Shown here: positions 1 to 9,955 of the stretch, one piece after another | How positions within the stretch are numbered: the first letter of the stretch is position 1 | Layout of the letters: each line of letters starts with the position of its first letter | From: an uncultured delta proteobacterium | Lineage (GTDB): Bacteria; Desulfobacterota; Binatia; UBA9968 | DNA length: 64,000 nt | Assembly: GCA_963771465.1 (NCBI GenBank) | Contig: CAVYTU010000014.1 | Span: forward strand, 64,001 to 128,000 | Direction of reading: 5' to 3' | Position numbers and translations under genes: made by a program | The notes under the pieces: model-generated | The model's input: only the letters and a program-made list of their open reading frames with translations | What the model was told of the DNA's origin: nothing | Databases searched by the model: none

Positions 1-462
1 GAACTCGGCCGGAGAAATTCCCTCAATCGCCAACGATTTCATAAAACCTAATTGTTGGCTCGAATTCAACGCTTGCAGCGCGGTGGTCGATTCGGACCCA
101 TCGATCACCACCTGTACCTGAGCCTGGCGGCCGTTGACGAGGTTGGCAGAATAGTCAGGTGGAATTTTGATGCCGACTTTGGCCCGGCCGCTGACGATGG
201 CAGACTGAAGCTCACGATCGGAATGAACTGCGCCGATGATTTTGAAGTAGCGGGTGTTTTCAAATTCTTTGATTAGCTGGCGGCTCTCCGCGTCGCGATT
301 GAGATCGAACACCACCGTATTGACGTATTTGACGTCGGTGTCGATGGCGTAGCCGAAAATCAACAGCTCGATGAGCGGAATCGCCATCACAAAGCGCGTC
401 GCCGGATCGCGCTTGATGTGGATGATTTCCTTTTTGAGGATCGCCCAAAGACCGCGGAACAT
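1..462 (-). CDS. ABC-2 type exporter permease (5' part; truncated by window start)
   Basis: Read by hand: MFRGLWAILKKEIIHIKRDPATRFVMAIPLIELLIFGYA..., the typical ABC-2 permease N-terminus; directly downstream of the ABC ATPase. Confidence 0.85.
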   Translation of the reverse strand, partial: MFRGLWAILKKEIIHIKRDPATRFVMAIPLIELLIFGYAIDTDVKYVNTVVFDLNRDAESRQLIKEFENTRYFKIIGAVHSDRELQSAIVSGRAKVGIKIPPDYSANLVNGRQAQVQVVIDGSESTTALQALNSSQQLGFMKSLAIEGISPAEF

Positions 463-464
463 CG

Positions 465-1415
465 TCACCTCCGCGTATCGTTGCGATGTATTCGCGTCAG
501 CGTGACAAAGACATCTTCCAAAGAAGGTGGCACAGCCCGGCAATGAACCTCGTTCCCGTCCAGTTGTTTGAAGTGGCTTTCCAATGCGGCTGCGTCGGTG
601 CCTCGGCGCGCCAGCGCGTGAATCGCTTCGCCGAAGATCGTCGCATCGAGAACGGCCGGATGCTGCCGCACTAGCGGAAGCAAATGCGTGGCATCATCGC
701 TGGCAATTTCAAACCAACTGGAATCATCGGGCGTCAGTTCCGGCAAGCGCTTCAAGTCTTGTGGCCGGCCCAGGGCGAGCAGTTTCGAGAGGTAAATGTA
801 GGCGACCCGCGAGCAGCGCTCGGCTTCGTCCATGTAATGGGTCGTAACGAACAACGTCGTGCCCTCAGCGGCGAGACGAAACAGTAAATCCCAAATCTCC
901 CGGCGCGCCACCGGATCGATGCCCGCCGTCGGTTCGTCGAGAAAAACAATCTTCGGATCGTGCAGTAAGGAACAAGCGAGCGCTAAACGTTGCTTGTAAC
1001 CGCCCGAGAGCGTGGCGGCCAATTGCTCCATGCGCCCTTCCAGACCGGCCAACTCCACTACTGTGCGCCGCCGCGCCGTCATGTTCGGTTTGCCCAGGCC
1101 GTAAATCGCGCCATAAAAATCGATGTTCTCTTCCACCGTCAGATCTTCGTAGAGGCTGAACCGCTGCGACATGTAGCCGATGCGCTTCTTGATCTCTTCG
1201 GTTTGCTTGACGATATCGAGGCCGGCGAGTTCCGCCCGCCCGGCAGTCGGCTGCAGCAAACCGCAGAGCATGCGAATCACGGTCGACTTGCCGGAGCCAT
1301 TGGGACCGAGAAAGCCAAAAATCTCTCCCGCTTCAATCTCCAAGTCGAGATTGTCGACCGCGGTCAGCGCGCCGAATTTTTTCGTAAGCCCTTCGGCCTT
1401 AATGACGATGCTCAT
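465..1415 (-). CDS. ABC exporter ATP-binding protein
   Basis: Walker A GPNGSGKS, signature LSGGYKQR, Walker B VFLDEP; start MSIVIK chosen (ORF track extends to 1442). Confidence 0.93.
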   Translation of the reverse strand: MSIVIKAEGLTKKFGALTAVDNLDLEIEAGEIFGFLGPNGSGKSTVIRMLCGLLQPTAGRAELAGLDIVKQTEEIKKRIGYMSQRFSLYEDLTVEENIDFYGAIYGLGKPNMTARRRTVVELAGLEGRMEQLAATLSGGYKQRLALACSLLHDPKIVFLDEPTAGIDPVARREIWDLLFRLAAEGTTLFVTTHYMDEAERCSRVAYIYLSKLLALGRPQDLKRLPELTPDDSSWFEIASDDATHLLPLVRQHPAVLDATIFGEAIHALARRGTDAAALESHFKQLDGNEVHCRAVPPSLEDVFVTLTRIHRNDTRR

Positions 1416-1501
1416 GGACTTCCAGCGAGGCGCATTAGGCACCGTTCATCGGCAAGAGCGCTGCGTGTTTTTCGACCGCTGACTTTCTGATTTGTGACGT
1501 C

Positions 1502-2641
1502 TTAGCGCTTTTCGATCGTCACGTCCGCGCTCATGCCGGGACGCAGGACGTTATCCTGGTCGTCGATCACCACTTCGGTCTGAAACACTTGCAGCGCCCG
1601 CTCTTCATGAGTCTGGACATTGCGCGGGGTAAACTCGCCTTGCCGAAAAATACGCCGCACGGTGCCGCGAAAATCTTTTCCTGGGAATGAGTCGACGCGT
1701 ACTTTGACTGGCAGTCCAGGTTGAACGAAGCCCAACTGCGCTTCGGGCAGATAGGCGCGCACCCACAACGTACCGATTCTGAGCAGCGTCGCCACCGGTT
1801 TACCGGCGCCGACCAGATCGCCGGGTTCGAGATCCAAGGTATCGATCAAAGCGTCCACCGGCGCCTTGATCACAGTCTCTTCCAATTGCGTCTGGATCAC
1901 CTGAACCCGCGCCCGCGCGCCTTCCATCTCCGACTTAGCTTGAGCGATTTCCTCCTTGCGAAAGCCGCTTCTCAGTTGACGCCGTTTTGCATCAGCCTCC
2001 GCCAAACGCTGGCGCGCCCGTTCGATTTCTTCCTTGCGCGTGCCCGCGAGTAGGAGATTGTAATGCTCGCGGACCGCTGCCATTTTTTGTTCGGCTTCAT
2101 CGGCCTTAGCCAGCGCGTCGTCGTATTCTTGCTTGGCAATCAGTTCGCGCTTGGCGAGTCCATCCATGCGTTGTAAAAACGTCTGCGCGTTCTCAGCCTG
2201 CGCTTTGGCCGCTTTCCACTCGGCGGCCGCCTGGTCGATCTCTTGCTGACGCGGCCCGGAGACTAATTGATCCATTTCTGCTTGCGCTTGCTTCACCGCC
2301 GCCTCAGCCTGTTCGATCTCTTCCTTGCGAAAACCTGCCGTGAGCAGCGCGTATTTCGCTTCCGCTTGACCCAATCCAGCTTGCGCCTCGGCATAGGACG
2401 CGTCGATCTCTTTCGGCTCCAAGAGCACAAGTGTCTCGCCAGCCTTAACAGCCTGGCCTCGTTTAGCGACGACCTTGAGCACCCGGCCGCCGATTTTCGA
2501 GCCGACGTGAATGTCGTCAGCTTCAATGACACCCGAAATCACGATAGCGCTGTCATTGCTGCTAGCATTCCAAAAATAATAGCCGGTAACCATCGCCAAA
2601 GCTGCGGCGACTGTAATGAGAATGACCTTGTTGCGGTTCAT
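1502..2641 (-). CDS. HlyD-family membrane fusion (efflux adaptor) protein
   Basis: N-terminal TM, lipoyl-like halves (VGSKIGGRV...IKAPVDA), long coiled coil, EFTPRNVQT motif. Confidence 0.9.
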   Translation of the reverse strand: MNRNKVILITVAAALAMVTGYYFWNASSNDSAIVISGVIEADDIHVGSKIGGRVLKVVAKRGQAVKAGETLVLLEPKEIDASYAEAQAGLGQAEAKYALLTAGFRKEEIEQAEAAVKQAQAEMDQLVSGPRQQEIDQAAAEWKAAKAQAENAQTFLQRMDGLAKRELIAKQEYDDALAKADEAEQKMAAVREHYNLLLAGTRKEEIERARQRLAEADAKRRQLRSGFRKEEIAQAKSEMEGARARVQVIQTQLEETVIKAPVDALIDTLDLEPGDLVGAGKPVATLLRIGTLWVRAYLPEAQLGFVQPGLPVKVRVDSFPGKDFRGTVRRIFRQGEFTPRNVQTHEERALQVFQTEVVIDDQDNVLRPGMSADVTIEKR

Positions 2642-2677
2642 GAGTCACAAGAGTGCGAATAACGGAGCGACAGGCGT

Positions 2678-3550
2678 TTAAAAAGCTTTGTATTCCTTAT
2701 CCTCGCGGCTCTCGGTTTCGAGCTGGATGGTGATGTGCTCGATGTGAAAGCGCTCTTTGAGGGTGTCTTCGATACCGTTCAGCACCTGGTGAAAATCGCC
2801 GCCGTTTTCCACCACCGCATGGGCGCTGAGCGTGTAGATATCGGAAGTTACCGCCCACACGTGCAGGTCATGAACCTTGGCGACGCCGTCGACGGATTCG
2901 ATGGTCTCGCGCACCTCTTCCAGGCGGATGCCTTTGGGCACGGCTTGCATCAAGACGCTGAGAGAATCTTTGATTAAGCTCCACGACGAAAAAAGAATCA
3001 GCGCGCCGATAAAAACACTGATCAGCGGATCGGCGAGATACCAGCCGGTGCTCAACATGATCAGACCCGCGACGATCGCCCCCACCGAACCAATGGCATC
3101 GCTCAAGACGTGCAGGAACGCGCCGCGGACATTGAGATTGTGACGATGGCCGCCGTGGAGAATCACGGCAGCGGCGATATTGACCGCCAAGCCGAATACC
3201 GCGACGACCATCATGCCGTAGCTCTCGACCACGGGCGGATTGAAGAAGCGCTGGTAGGCCGCCGCGAAAATAACTCCCACGATCAGCCATAACGTCAAAC
3301 CGTTAAACAGCGCGGCGAGAATCTCGACGCGATGAAAGCCGAAAGTGCTATGATGGGTCGCGGGCCGTTGGGCCATGCGAAAGGCGAACAAGCTTAGCGC
3401 CATGGCGCCGATATCGGAAAGCATATGGCCGGCGTCGGACAGTAAGGCCAAGCTGTTGGTTAAGAAGCCGGCGATCAGCTCGGCGAAAAAATACAGCGCA
3501 CTGATCGCCAGAGCCCACTTCAGCCGCTGTGTCTCACTATGCCGCGCCAT
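2678..3550 (-). CDS. Cation diffusion facilitator (CzcD/ZitB-like Zn/Co/Cd exporter)
   Basis: SLALLSDAGHMLSD, AFLHVLSD and VHDLHVW motifs. Confidence 0.92.
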   Translation of the reverse strand: MARHSETQRLKWALAISALYFFAELIAGFLTNSLALLSDAGHMLSDIGAMALSLFAFRMAQRPATHHSTFGFHRVEILAALFNGLTLWLIVGVIFAAAYQRFFNPPVVESYGMMVVAVFGLAVNIAAAVILHGGHRHNLNVRGAFLHVLSDAIGSVGAIVAGLIMLSTGWYLADPLISVFIGALILFSSWSLIKDSLSVLMQAVPKGIRLEEVRETIESVDGVAKVHDLHVWAVTSDIYTLSAHAVVENGGDFHQVLNGIEDTLKERFHIEHITIQLETESREDKEYKAF

Positions 3551-3685
3551 GAAGTCTATCGGCTGGAAACAAAGTAATCACTGACTCAGTATGGCCCAAC
3601 ATTTCGCCAGAAGAAAGCACGCCGGCAAATACAGAAATGAGACGGATCCTTCCCCGTTCTGTATCCCTGTCTCAAGTCTTATTCT

Positions 3686-4843
3686 TTAATCCTGGTTGTT
3701 TTTGAGCATCATGAAAAACAGTCTTCCCGGCCGATTCATATATCCAGCCATCCCACCCGGCTCCTCGCCGGTGCCGAAATAGATATCGGCGCGCTGCAAG
3801 CCGCGGATCGCGCCGCCGGTATCCTGGTTGAGCATCAAGCGCCGCATCGGCCGCCAGCCGGCCAATCGCCCGGCTGCATCGATGACGGGAATCTCCGTTT
3901 CGACTAAAGCGAGCGCGCCCTTGGGAAAAAGCCGGTAATCGGTCGCAATGCTTCTGCCCGCGGTCACCGGCACTTCGAGACTGCCGAGCGGGCCGCCGGC
4001 GACCACGCGAAAGAAAACGTAACTTTCGTTGTAAGCGAAAATCTCGTCGCGTTCCTGCGGATTGTCATTGAGATATTGGCGCAGCCGCTGCATCGACATC
4101 GCTTCTTTGGCGATTTTGCCGTTGTCGATGAGCAATCGGCCGATGCTTCGATAAGGCAGACCATTTTGTGCCGCATAGCCGACGCTCACCTGACCGCCGT
4201 CCGGCAGACGGACAATCCCCGAGCCCTGAATATGCAGAAAAAAAACATCGATCGAATCTTTCACCCAAGCGATCTCCAAGCCGCGTCCCTTGAGCGCGCC
4301 CAATGCGTCAATCTCTCGGCGCGTGTAATAAGGAACCAAACCTTCTTGCTCCATGCGCCCGACGCTTCTCTCTCCGTTCTGCGCCGACTCGGCCACCATC
4401 AGGTCGAGCGGTTTTGCGTAAATCGGAAAGCGGTAATCCTCGGTCGCCACCAGACTGCCTTCAATCACCGGCTGGTAATAGCCAGTGAACAAGACCTTGG
4501 ACATTTCCGGATCGGCATGGGAAGGAATCCATTCGAAGCGCGCCGCGATCTCACGAGCCAGACATTCTCGGCAGCTCCATCGGCTCAACAACTGCTCGAA
4601 GGCAATCAGCGAACGTCGCACCTCGGCGGCAGTTAGTTCGCGCGGCTCCACGCCAACGATACGATCGGGCGGCAACCTTTCTAGATAGGCAAGGCTATGG
4701 CGAATCGCCGCGCGCAACGACTCGGCGTCAAGATCGTCACCCATCAGTGTCGGAGCCGACGCCGGCGGCAGCGCGCAACTCGACAGCAACAAAATCAAAA
4801 CAATCCACTGGCAAGTTGCGAGACACTTGCAGCGACGAACCAT
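3686..4843 (-). CDS. mltA: Membrane-bound lytic murein transglycosylase A
   Basis: FTGYYQP, FFLHIQGSG, DTGGAIRG...DIYFG motifs; lipobox-like LLSSC. Confidence 0.9.
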   Translation of the reverse strand: MVRRCKCLATCQWIVLILLLSSCALPPASAPTLMGDDLDAESLRAAIRHSLAYLERLPPDRIVGVEPRELTAAEVRRSLIAFEQLLSRWSCRECLAREIAARFEWIPSHADPEMSKVLFTGYYQPVIEGSLVATEDYRFPIYAKPLDLMVAESAQNGERSVGRMEQEGLVPYYTRREIDALGALKGRGLEIAWVKDSIDVFFLHIQGSGIVRLPDGGQVSVGYAAQNGLPYRSIGRLLIDNGKIAKEAMSMQRLRQYLNDNPQERDEIFAYNESYVFFRVVAGGPLGSLEVPVTAGRSIATDYRLFPKGALALVETEIPVIDAAGRLAGWRPMRRLMLNQDTGGAIRGLQRADIYFGTGEEPGGMAGYMNRPGRLFFMMLKNNQD

Positions 4844-4863
4844 TTGCGCCAGAGTTAGCAGCG

Positions 4864-5232
4864 TTGAATCACCAAGAGATTAGAAAAGAAGTGGCGCGGA
4901 TTCTCGACAAATTGCCGCGCCGTTTTCGTGAGCAGCTGCACAACCTCGAGATCGTCGTCGAAGAGCGGCCGTCCGAAGAGTTACTCCGCAGCGAAGGACT
5001 CGACCCGCGCTGCGACACTTTGTACGGCATTTATGAAGGCATCCCACTGCCCGAACGATCGGTTCTCGACCTGCCATTACTACCCGATAAAATCACCATA
5101 TTCGCCGAACCGCTGCTAGAAGATTTTCCCGACCCGCAAGAACTGCGTGAAGAAATCCGCCTCACAGTGATCCACGAAATCGCCCACTATTTCGGCATGG
5201 ACGACGACGAGATCGAGGATCTGGGTTACTAA
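4864..5232 (+). CDS. Minimal zincin-like metallopeptidase
   Basis: LYGIYEG...PDKITIF...TVIHEIAHYFG (HExxH); TTG start chosen to avoid overlap with mltA. Confidence 0.85.
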   Translation: MNHQEIRKEVARILDKLPRRFREQLHNLEIVVEERPSEELLRSEGLDPRCDTLYGIYEGIPLPERSVLDLPLLPDKITIFAEPLLEDFPDPQELREEIRLTVIHEIAHYFGMDDDEIEDLGY

Positions 5233-5236
5233 AAAA

Positions 5237-5314
5237 TGCTGAGTCCTGAGTGCTGAGTTCTGGGTCCTCAGACCGGAATTTTAACTCAGGACTCAGCACT
5301 GTGAACTCAGGACT
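5237..5314. repeat. Heptamer-periodic inverted repeat between convergent genes
   Basis: TGCTGAG/TCCTGAG units on the left arm, CTCAGGA/CTCAGCA on the right arm. Confidence 0.8.
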
Positions 5315-5317
5315 TCT

Positions 5318-6406
5318 TTAATCCCTAATATCCTGCAAAAACCACTCGGTCGGCAGCTCGCGGCCGACCTTGGCCTGCTTCGCCAGCTCGACGACTTTTC
5401 CGGCGCAGGCGGCGAACTGCAGGCCCTGTGTGCCGGCGTTGATGAAAAAGGTCACCTGCTGGTTGTTCGTTCGGCCCGGAACTCTCCCGGCTCGGATGTC
5501 CATGAAATATTTGAAGTAGTCGCCTTTGTAATTATCCACCGTCGGGTTGGGAATGCGCGCGCGTTCTTCGGGTTGGCCGGCGATGTAGCCCGCGTTGCCA
5601 TGCAAACGCACCATACCTTCGTCCATGGCTTCGATGGTGTTTTTGCCGAGTTTGACCGACAGGTCGCATCGCTTGATCACGCTAGGGCCGACCTCGCAAG
5701 CCCGAACGCAGGTGATATGCGCGCCCTCTTTGAGCCATTCGGGGTTGTCGAAAACAGTTTGCGTGGAATCCGTGCAGGTTGCCACGATGTCGGACTCGCG
5801 CACGACTTTTTCCGGCGCGTCCACCGCGACCACTTCGATATCCAGCTTGCCGGTCATCTCTTTCGCGAAGCGCTCGCGGTTCGCCTTCGTCGGGCTGTAG
5901 ACTTTGACTTTTTTTAGTTTGCGCACTTCGTAAAACGCCTCTAAGTAACTGCGCGCCATGCCGCCGGAACCGAAGATGCCGACATCGCAGGCATCTTCGC
6001 GCGCTAAGAATTTCGCGCCCAAACCGGCGCAGCCGCCGACCCGCATATGCTGCAACAGTCCGTCATTGATCATCGCCAGCGGCTCGCCGTTACGAACGCT
6101 AAAAACCATGACCAAGCCGCACCAGGTTCCCGGCTGCATGCAGTATTTTTCCTCAGTCTCGCCGTTGGGCCAGTAGACGATGTCGGACTTCATGCGGATC
6201 GCGAACACGCCGATCTTGCGGCTCGCCCCTTCCATCGTCCCCCAACGGTAATATCCGTCCGGCCGGTCACACGGCATCCAAAGATCCAGGCGCGGCCGGT
6301 ACACCGCGTCGCCCTTGAGCAAATCATCGTAGCCGTCCTCCAGCGCGGCGAGGCAGTCTTTCATGGTAAATAGTTTTTCGACTTCTTGGTTGTTGATCAG
6401 CAGCAT
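5318..6406 (-). CDS. Ornithine cyclodeaminase / mu-crystallin family protein
   Basis: GIFGSGGMA Rossmann motif, DIVATCT, C-terminal GTQGLQFAA. Confidence 0.85.
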   Translation of the reverse strand: MLLINNQEVEKLFTMKDCLAALEDGYDDLLKGDAVYRPRLDLWMPCDRPDGYYRWGTMEGASRKIGVFAIRMKSDIVYWPNGETEEKYCMQPGTWCGLVMVFSVRNGEPLAMINDGLLQHMRVGGCAGLGAKFLAREDACDVGIFGSGGMARSYLEAFYEVRKLKKVKVYSPTKANRERFAKEMTGKLDIEVVAVDAPEKVVRESDIVATCTDSTQTVFDNPEWLKEGAHITCVRACEVGPSVIKRCDLSVKLGKNTIEAMDEGMVRLHGNAGYIAGQPEERARIPNPTVDNYKGDYFKYFMDIRAGRVPGRTNNQQVTFFINAGTQGLQFAACAGKVVELAKQAKVGRELPTEWFLQDIRD

Positions 6407-6553
6407 AGAAATCCTCCTGCACTTGCCTTACAACAATGGCTGCTATTTGCAAAGCTTCGTTGCTGGAAATTCACTGAAATCTCGGATTTTGATTTGACAA
6501 CTCCCGGCCATTGTCGCAAAAATAAGCCGAAATTTGACCGGGAGGAGAAAACG

Positions 6554-7465
6554 TTGAAGATTCTCAGATTCAATGACGACCGCATCGGCGTCATCAAAGA
6601 TGGCAACATGGTCGTGGACGTGAGCGACACCGTGAGCGCCCGTAAGGCCAAAGGGCCGCAGCGCGTGATGGAAGAAATCATCGAGGGTTGGCGCAAATAC
6701 CGCAAGCGCTTTGAAAAAGTCCTGGCGGAGCAAAGCGGCGTGCCGCTCGACAGCGTGCAACTGCGCAGCCCGTTCGCCCGACCCGGCAAATTTCTCGCCG
6801 CGTTCAGCAACTACATCGACCGGCCGGAACGGACCGCTGATAATTTTCCCAACGAATATTTTTACAAATCTCCCGATCTCGTCGGTCCCGGCGAAGCCGT
6901 CGAATTGCGAGACATCCCCGCTTGCGTGGTGTATCAACCCGAAGCCGAATTTGCGTTCGTCATCGGTAAAACCGCCAAAGATGTGACCGAAAAGAAAGCC
7001 CTCGATCATGTTTTCGGTTATGTGCCGATGTTCGATATTTCCACCAGAGGTCTGACGCGGCGCACCCAGTTCATCGGCAAAGGGCAAGGATCGCACGGCT
7101 GCTGCGGCCCGTGGATCATCACCAAGGATGAAATCCCCGATCCGCACAATGTCGTCGTCAAGTCATGGACCAACGGTGAGCCGCGGCAAAACTACAACAC
7201 CAGTGCCATGGCGCATAAGCTGCCGAACCAGATCGCCTGGCTGTCGAAATTTCTCACCCTCAGCCCCGGCGATGTCGTCGCGACGGGAACTTTTCATGAA
7301 GGTCTGATGCCGGTCAACGTCGGCGACACCATCGAGATCGAATTCGAAAACATGGGCCGGGCGAAATTCAATATCAAAGGCAACAGCCCACGCAAAGACG
7401 TACCGTGGCTCCCCGGCAAAAACCAGCCAACGCCGCCGCCAGGCGGTGGCATGCATATCGTCTGA
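6554..7465 (+). CDS. Fumarylacetoacetate hydrolase family protein
   Basis: PEAEFAFVIG, DISTR, GPWIITKDE, TLSPGDVVATGT; GGAGGAG RBS before TTG at 6554. Confidence 0.88.
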   Translation: MKILRFNDDRIGVIKDGNMVVDVSDTVSARKAKGPQRVMEEIIEGWRKYRKRFEKVLAEQSGVPLDSVQLRSPFARPGKFLAAFSNYIDRPERTADNFPNEYFYKSPDLVGPGEAVELRDIPACVVYQPEAEFAFVIGKTAKDVTEKKALDHVFGYVPMFDISTRGLTRRTQFIGKGQGSHGCCGPWIITKDEIPDPHNVVVKSWTNGEPRQNYNTSAMAHKLPNQIAWLSKFLTLSPGDVVATGTFHEGLMPVNVGDTIEIEFENMGRAKFNIKGNSPRKDVPWLPGKNQPTPPPGGGMHIV

Positions 7466-7476
7466 GGAATGGGCCA

Positions 7477-7534
7477 ATGGAGTATTGGAGTGATGGAGTA
7501 CTGGGTTTCCGAATTCCCAACACTCCATTATTCC
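7477..7534. repeat. Octamer-periodic inverted repeat
   Basis: ATGGAGTA-TTGGAGTG-ATGGAGTA...CAACACTC-CATTATTC. Confidence 0.75.
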
Positions 7535-8295
7535 GTTCTTCTCGCCATTCCCCGCTGCCAGGGCAGTAACCACCGGACCACTAGATTAAAAAGCTGATTA
7601 AGGCTGTAGCCGAGCAGTGCTAAAGCCAGCATCCCCGCGTACATCTGGGCGACTTTGAAACGGCGCTGTGCGTCAAGGACGAAGTATCCGATGCCATCGG
7701 TGCTGCCAACCATTTCCGAGATCACCACGAGTATCAGCATGATCGGCAAACTGACACGCAGACCGGTGACGATCTGCGGCGAGCACGCGGGTAAAACCAC
7801 GTGCCAGATAATCTTACGTTGGGACAGACCAAATGTACGCGCAGTGTTAAGCAAAACCCAATCAAGGCCGCGCACGCCGTCGATGGTGTTCAGCAGGATT
7901 GGCCAGGCGCAGGAAAAAAAGATCACGAAAATTTTCATCTCATCGCCCAGACCGAAGAACAACAAGGCGACCGGGATCACCACCGGCGGCGGCACCGGTC
8001 GAAGCATTTCGACGACGACTTCGAGCAAGCGATAAATCCGTTGTGACAACCCCATTAAAATCCCCAATGGAATAAACACGGCGGCGGCGAGAAAATAACC
8101 CGCCGCGGCGCGTTTCATGCTGGCGAGAATTTGCCAAGGTATCTGTCCGGAAACAACCAACTCGGAGAATATTTTAGAAATCCTGCTCGGCGGCGGAATG
8201 ATCAACGCATTGATCCACTCGGTTTGCGCCAGGATCTCCCAGATAACCAGCAGTGCCAGCAGAAATAGCGGCCCAGTGAATTTCGCTGCCGCCAT
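7528..8295 (-). CDS. NitT/TauT-family ABC importer permease
   Basis: SsuC/TauC-like TM pattern, EAA-loop-like segment ARTFG...VVLP. Confidence 0.9.
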   Translation of the reverse strand: MAAAKFTGPLFLLALLVIWEILAQTEWINALIIPPPSRISKIFSELVVSGQIPWQILASMKRAAAGYFLAAAVFIPLGILMGLSQRIYRLLEVVVEMLRPVPPPVVIPVALLFFGLGDEMKIFVIFFSCAWPILLNTIDGVRGLDWVLLNTARTFGLSQRKIIWHVVLPACSPQIVTGLRVSLPIMLILVVISEMVGSTDGIGYFVLDAQRRFKVAQMYAGMLALALLGYSLNQLFNLVVRWLLPWQRGMARRTE

Positions 8296-8296
8296 T

Positions 8297-9076
8297 TTAG
8301 GCCGTCCCCCGCGCCATCATGCCGTGACGCCAGTACATGGCTTTGGCTTCCAGCATCAAGAAAAGCCGGTTGAGCAGATATCCCAGCAGCGCGACTACCA
8401 CAATACCGGCATACATATTGGCGCTGTTCATGCCGCGTTCCTCGTCGAGAATATAAAAACCGAGCCCCTTGCTGCCGGCAATCATCTCGGCAGTGGTCAC
8501 TAAGATCAGCGCGATCGATAGACCGATACGTAAGCCGGTCACGATGTAAGGCGACGCCCCGGGCAGAATGATCTGCCAAAGAATCCGCCCTCTGCCGAGA
8601 CCGAATGTCCGCCCGGTATCGATCAGTGTACCGTCGATATGGCGCACGCCGTCGATGGTATTGATCAGCACCGGCCACAGACTGGCGTAAACCGTTACCG
8701 CCACGATCATGGCATCGCCGATGCCAAGCAGCAAAATCGCCACCGGAATGATCGCCACCGACGGCATCGGCCTGAGCAACTCAATCACCGTCGCCAACAA
8801 GCCATGCAAAAAGCGAAAATAGCCGAGCACCACGCCGAGCGTCACCGCCAGCGCCGCGGCGAGCAAATAGCCTTGCAGGAATCGTCCTACTGTGACGGCG
8901 CAATGTTGGGCCATCGAACCGGACGAGATCGCCTGCGCCAGCGCGGCGAGAATCTGACTGATCGGCGGAAAATAAAGTTGCAACTGCGGCGTCCCACGGG
9001 CGCCAAGCTCCCAAACCAGCAGCGCCGTGCCGAAGACGAGCCAGCCCGGCCAGTTGAATTTCTTGCGCTCGTTCAC
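8297..9076 (-). CDS. NitT/TauT-family ABC importer permease
   Basis: LRPMPSVAIIP, GRTFG...IILPGA, AEMIAGSKGLG. Confidence 0.9.
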   Translation of the reverse strand: MNERKKFNWPGWLVFGTALLVWELGARGTPQLQLYFPPISQILAALAQAISSGSMAQHCAVTVGRFLQGYLLAAALAVTLGVVLGYFRFLHGLLATVIELLRPMPSVAIIPVAILLLGIGDAMIVAVTVYASLWPVLINTIDGVRHIDGTLIDTGRTFGLGRGRILWQIILPGASPYIVTGLRIGLSIALILVTTAEMIAGSKGLGFYILDEERGMNSANMYAGIVVVALLGYLLNRLFLMLEAKAMYWRHGMMARGTA

Positions 9077-9942
9077 GGCGCGCTCTGATTGCCGATCTGG
9101 CGATAGATTTCGTTGCGCAGCTCCATGAAGCGCGCTGCGGCGCGCGTCGTCACTTGATGGCGCGGGCGAGAAAAGTCAATTTTTACTTCCTGGATGATTC
9201 GCGACGGCCGCCGGCCGAGCACCCAAATGCGGTCCGAGAGATAAATCGCTTCTTCGATATCGTGCGTGATAAAAAGAATCGTGGTCTTAAGCTCCGCCCA
9301 GAGTCGGAGCAGCGTGTCTTCCAGCTCAAGCCGCGTCAGGGCGTCGAGCGAGCCGAACGGTTCGTCCATCAACAACACTTCCGGTTCGTAGGCGAGCGCG
9401 CGGGCGATAGCAACGCGCTGCTGCATGCCGCCGGACAGCTCCCAGGGATAATACTTTTCAAATCCCTTGAGACCGACGAGCTCGACTAGCGCGCGCGCCT
9501 TCGTGTCAGCATCGCGGGATGGATGGCCACGCGCATCGAGACCGAAACGGACGTTGCCTAGCACGGAACGCCACGCGAAGAGCGACTTGTTGTACTCCTG
9601 AAACAGCAACACCAAACCGGGCGGCGGCCCGGTGACGGTTTGGCCGTTAACGATCACGCGGCCGGCGCTCGGCGCCAGCAAGCCAGCGATCGCCATGAGC
9701 AATGTCGTCTTGCCGCACCCCGACGGACCGACAAAAGAAACGAACTCACCCGCTTCGACCTGGCAAGTGATGTCGCCGATCGCAACGGTCGTCTCGCCGC
9801 CGGCTTGCCGGTAGCTTTTCGAGAGATTCTGGATTTCGAGAATCGGCACGGGCGGGGGGAAGACTGGAGTGTTGGAATGATGGAATACTGGAGTATTGGG
9901 TTTTTCCGAACCCATTACTCCAACATTCCAATACTCCATCAC
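9073..9942 (-). CDS. NitT/TauT-family ABC importer ATPase
   Basis: GPSGCGKT, LSGGMQQR, LLMDEPF; the true start may be GTG near 9849 because the N-terminal extension is an octamer repeat. Confidence 0.92.
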   Translation of the reverse strand: MMEYWNVGVMGSEKPNTPVFHHSNTPVFPPPVPILEIQNLSKSYRQAGGETTVAIGDITCQVEAGEFVSFVGPSGCGKTTLLMAIAGLLAPSAGRVIVNGQTVTGPPPGLVLLFQEYNKSLFAWRSVLGNVRFGLDARGHPSRDADTKARALVELVGLKGFEKYYPWELSGGMQQRVAIARALAYEPEVLLMDEPFGSLDALTRLELEDTLLRLWAELKTTILFITHDIEEAIYLSDRIWVLGRRPSRIIQEVKIDFSRPRHQVTTRAAARFMELRNEIYRQIGNQSAP

Positions 9943-9948
9943 TCCAAT
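9862..9948. repeat. Octamer-periodic inverted repeat (same family as 7477-7534)
   Basis: CTGGAGTG-TTGGAATG-ATGGAATA-CTGGAGTA...CATTACTC-CAACATTC-CAATACTC-CATCACTC. Confidence 0.8.
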
Positions 9949-9955
9949 CTAATGA

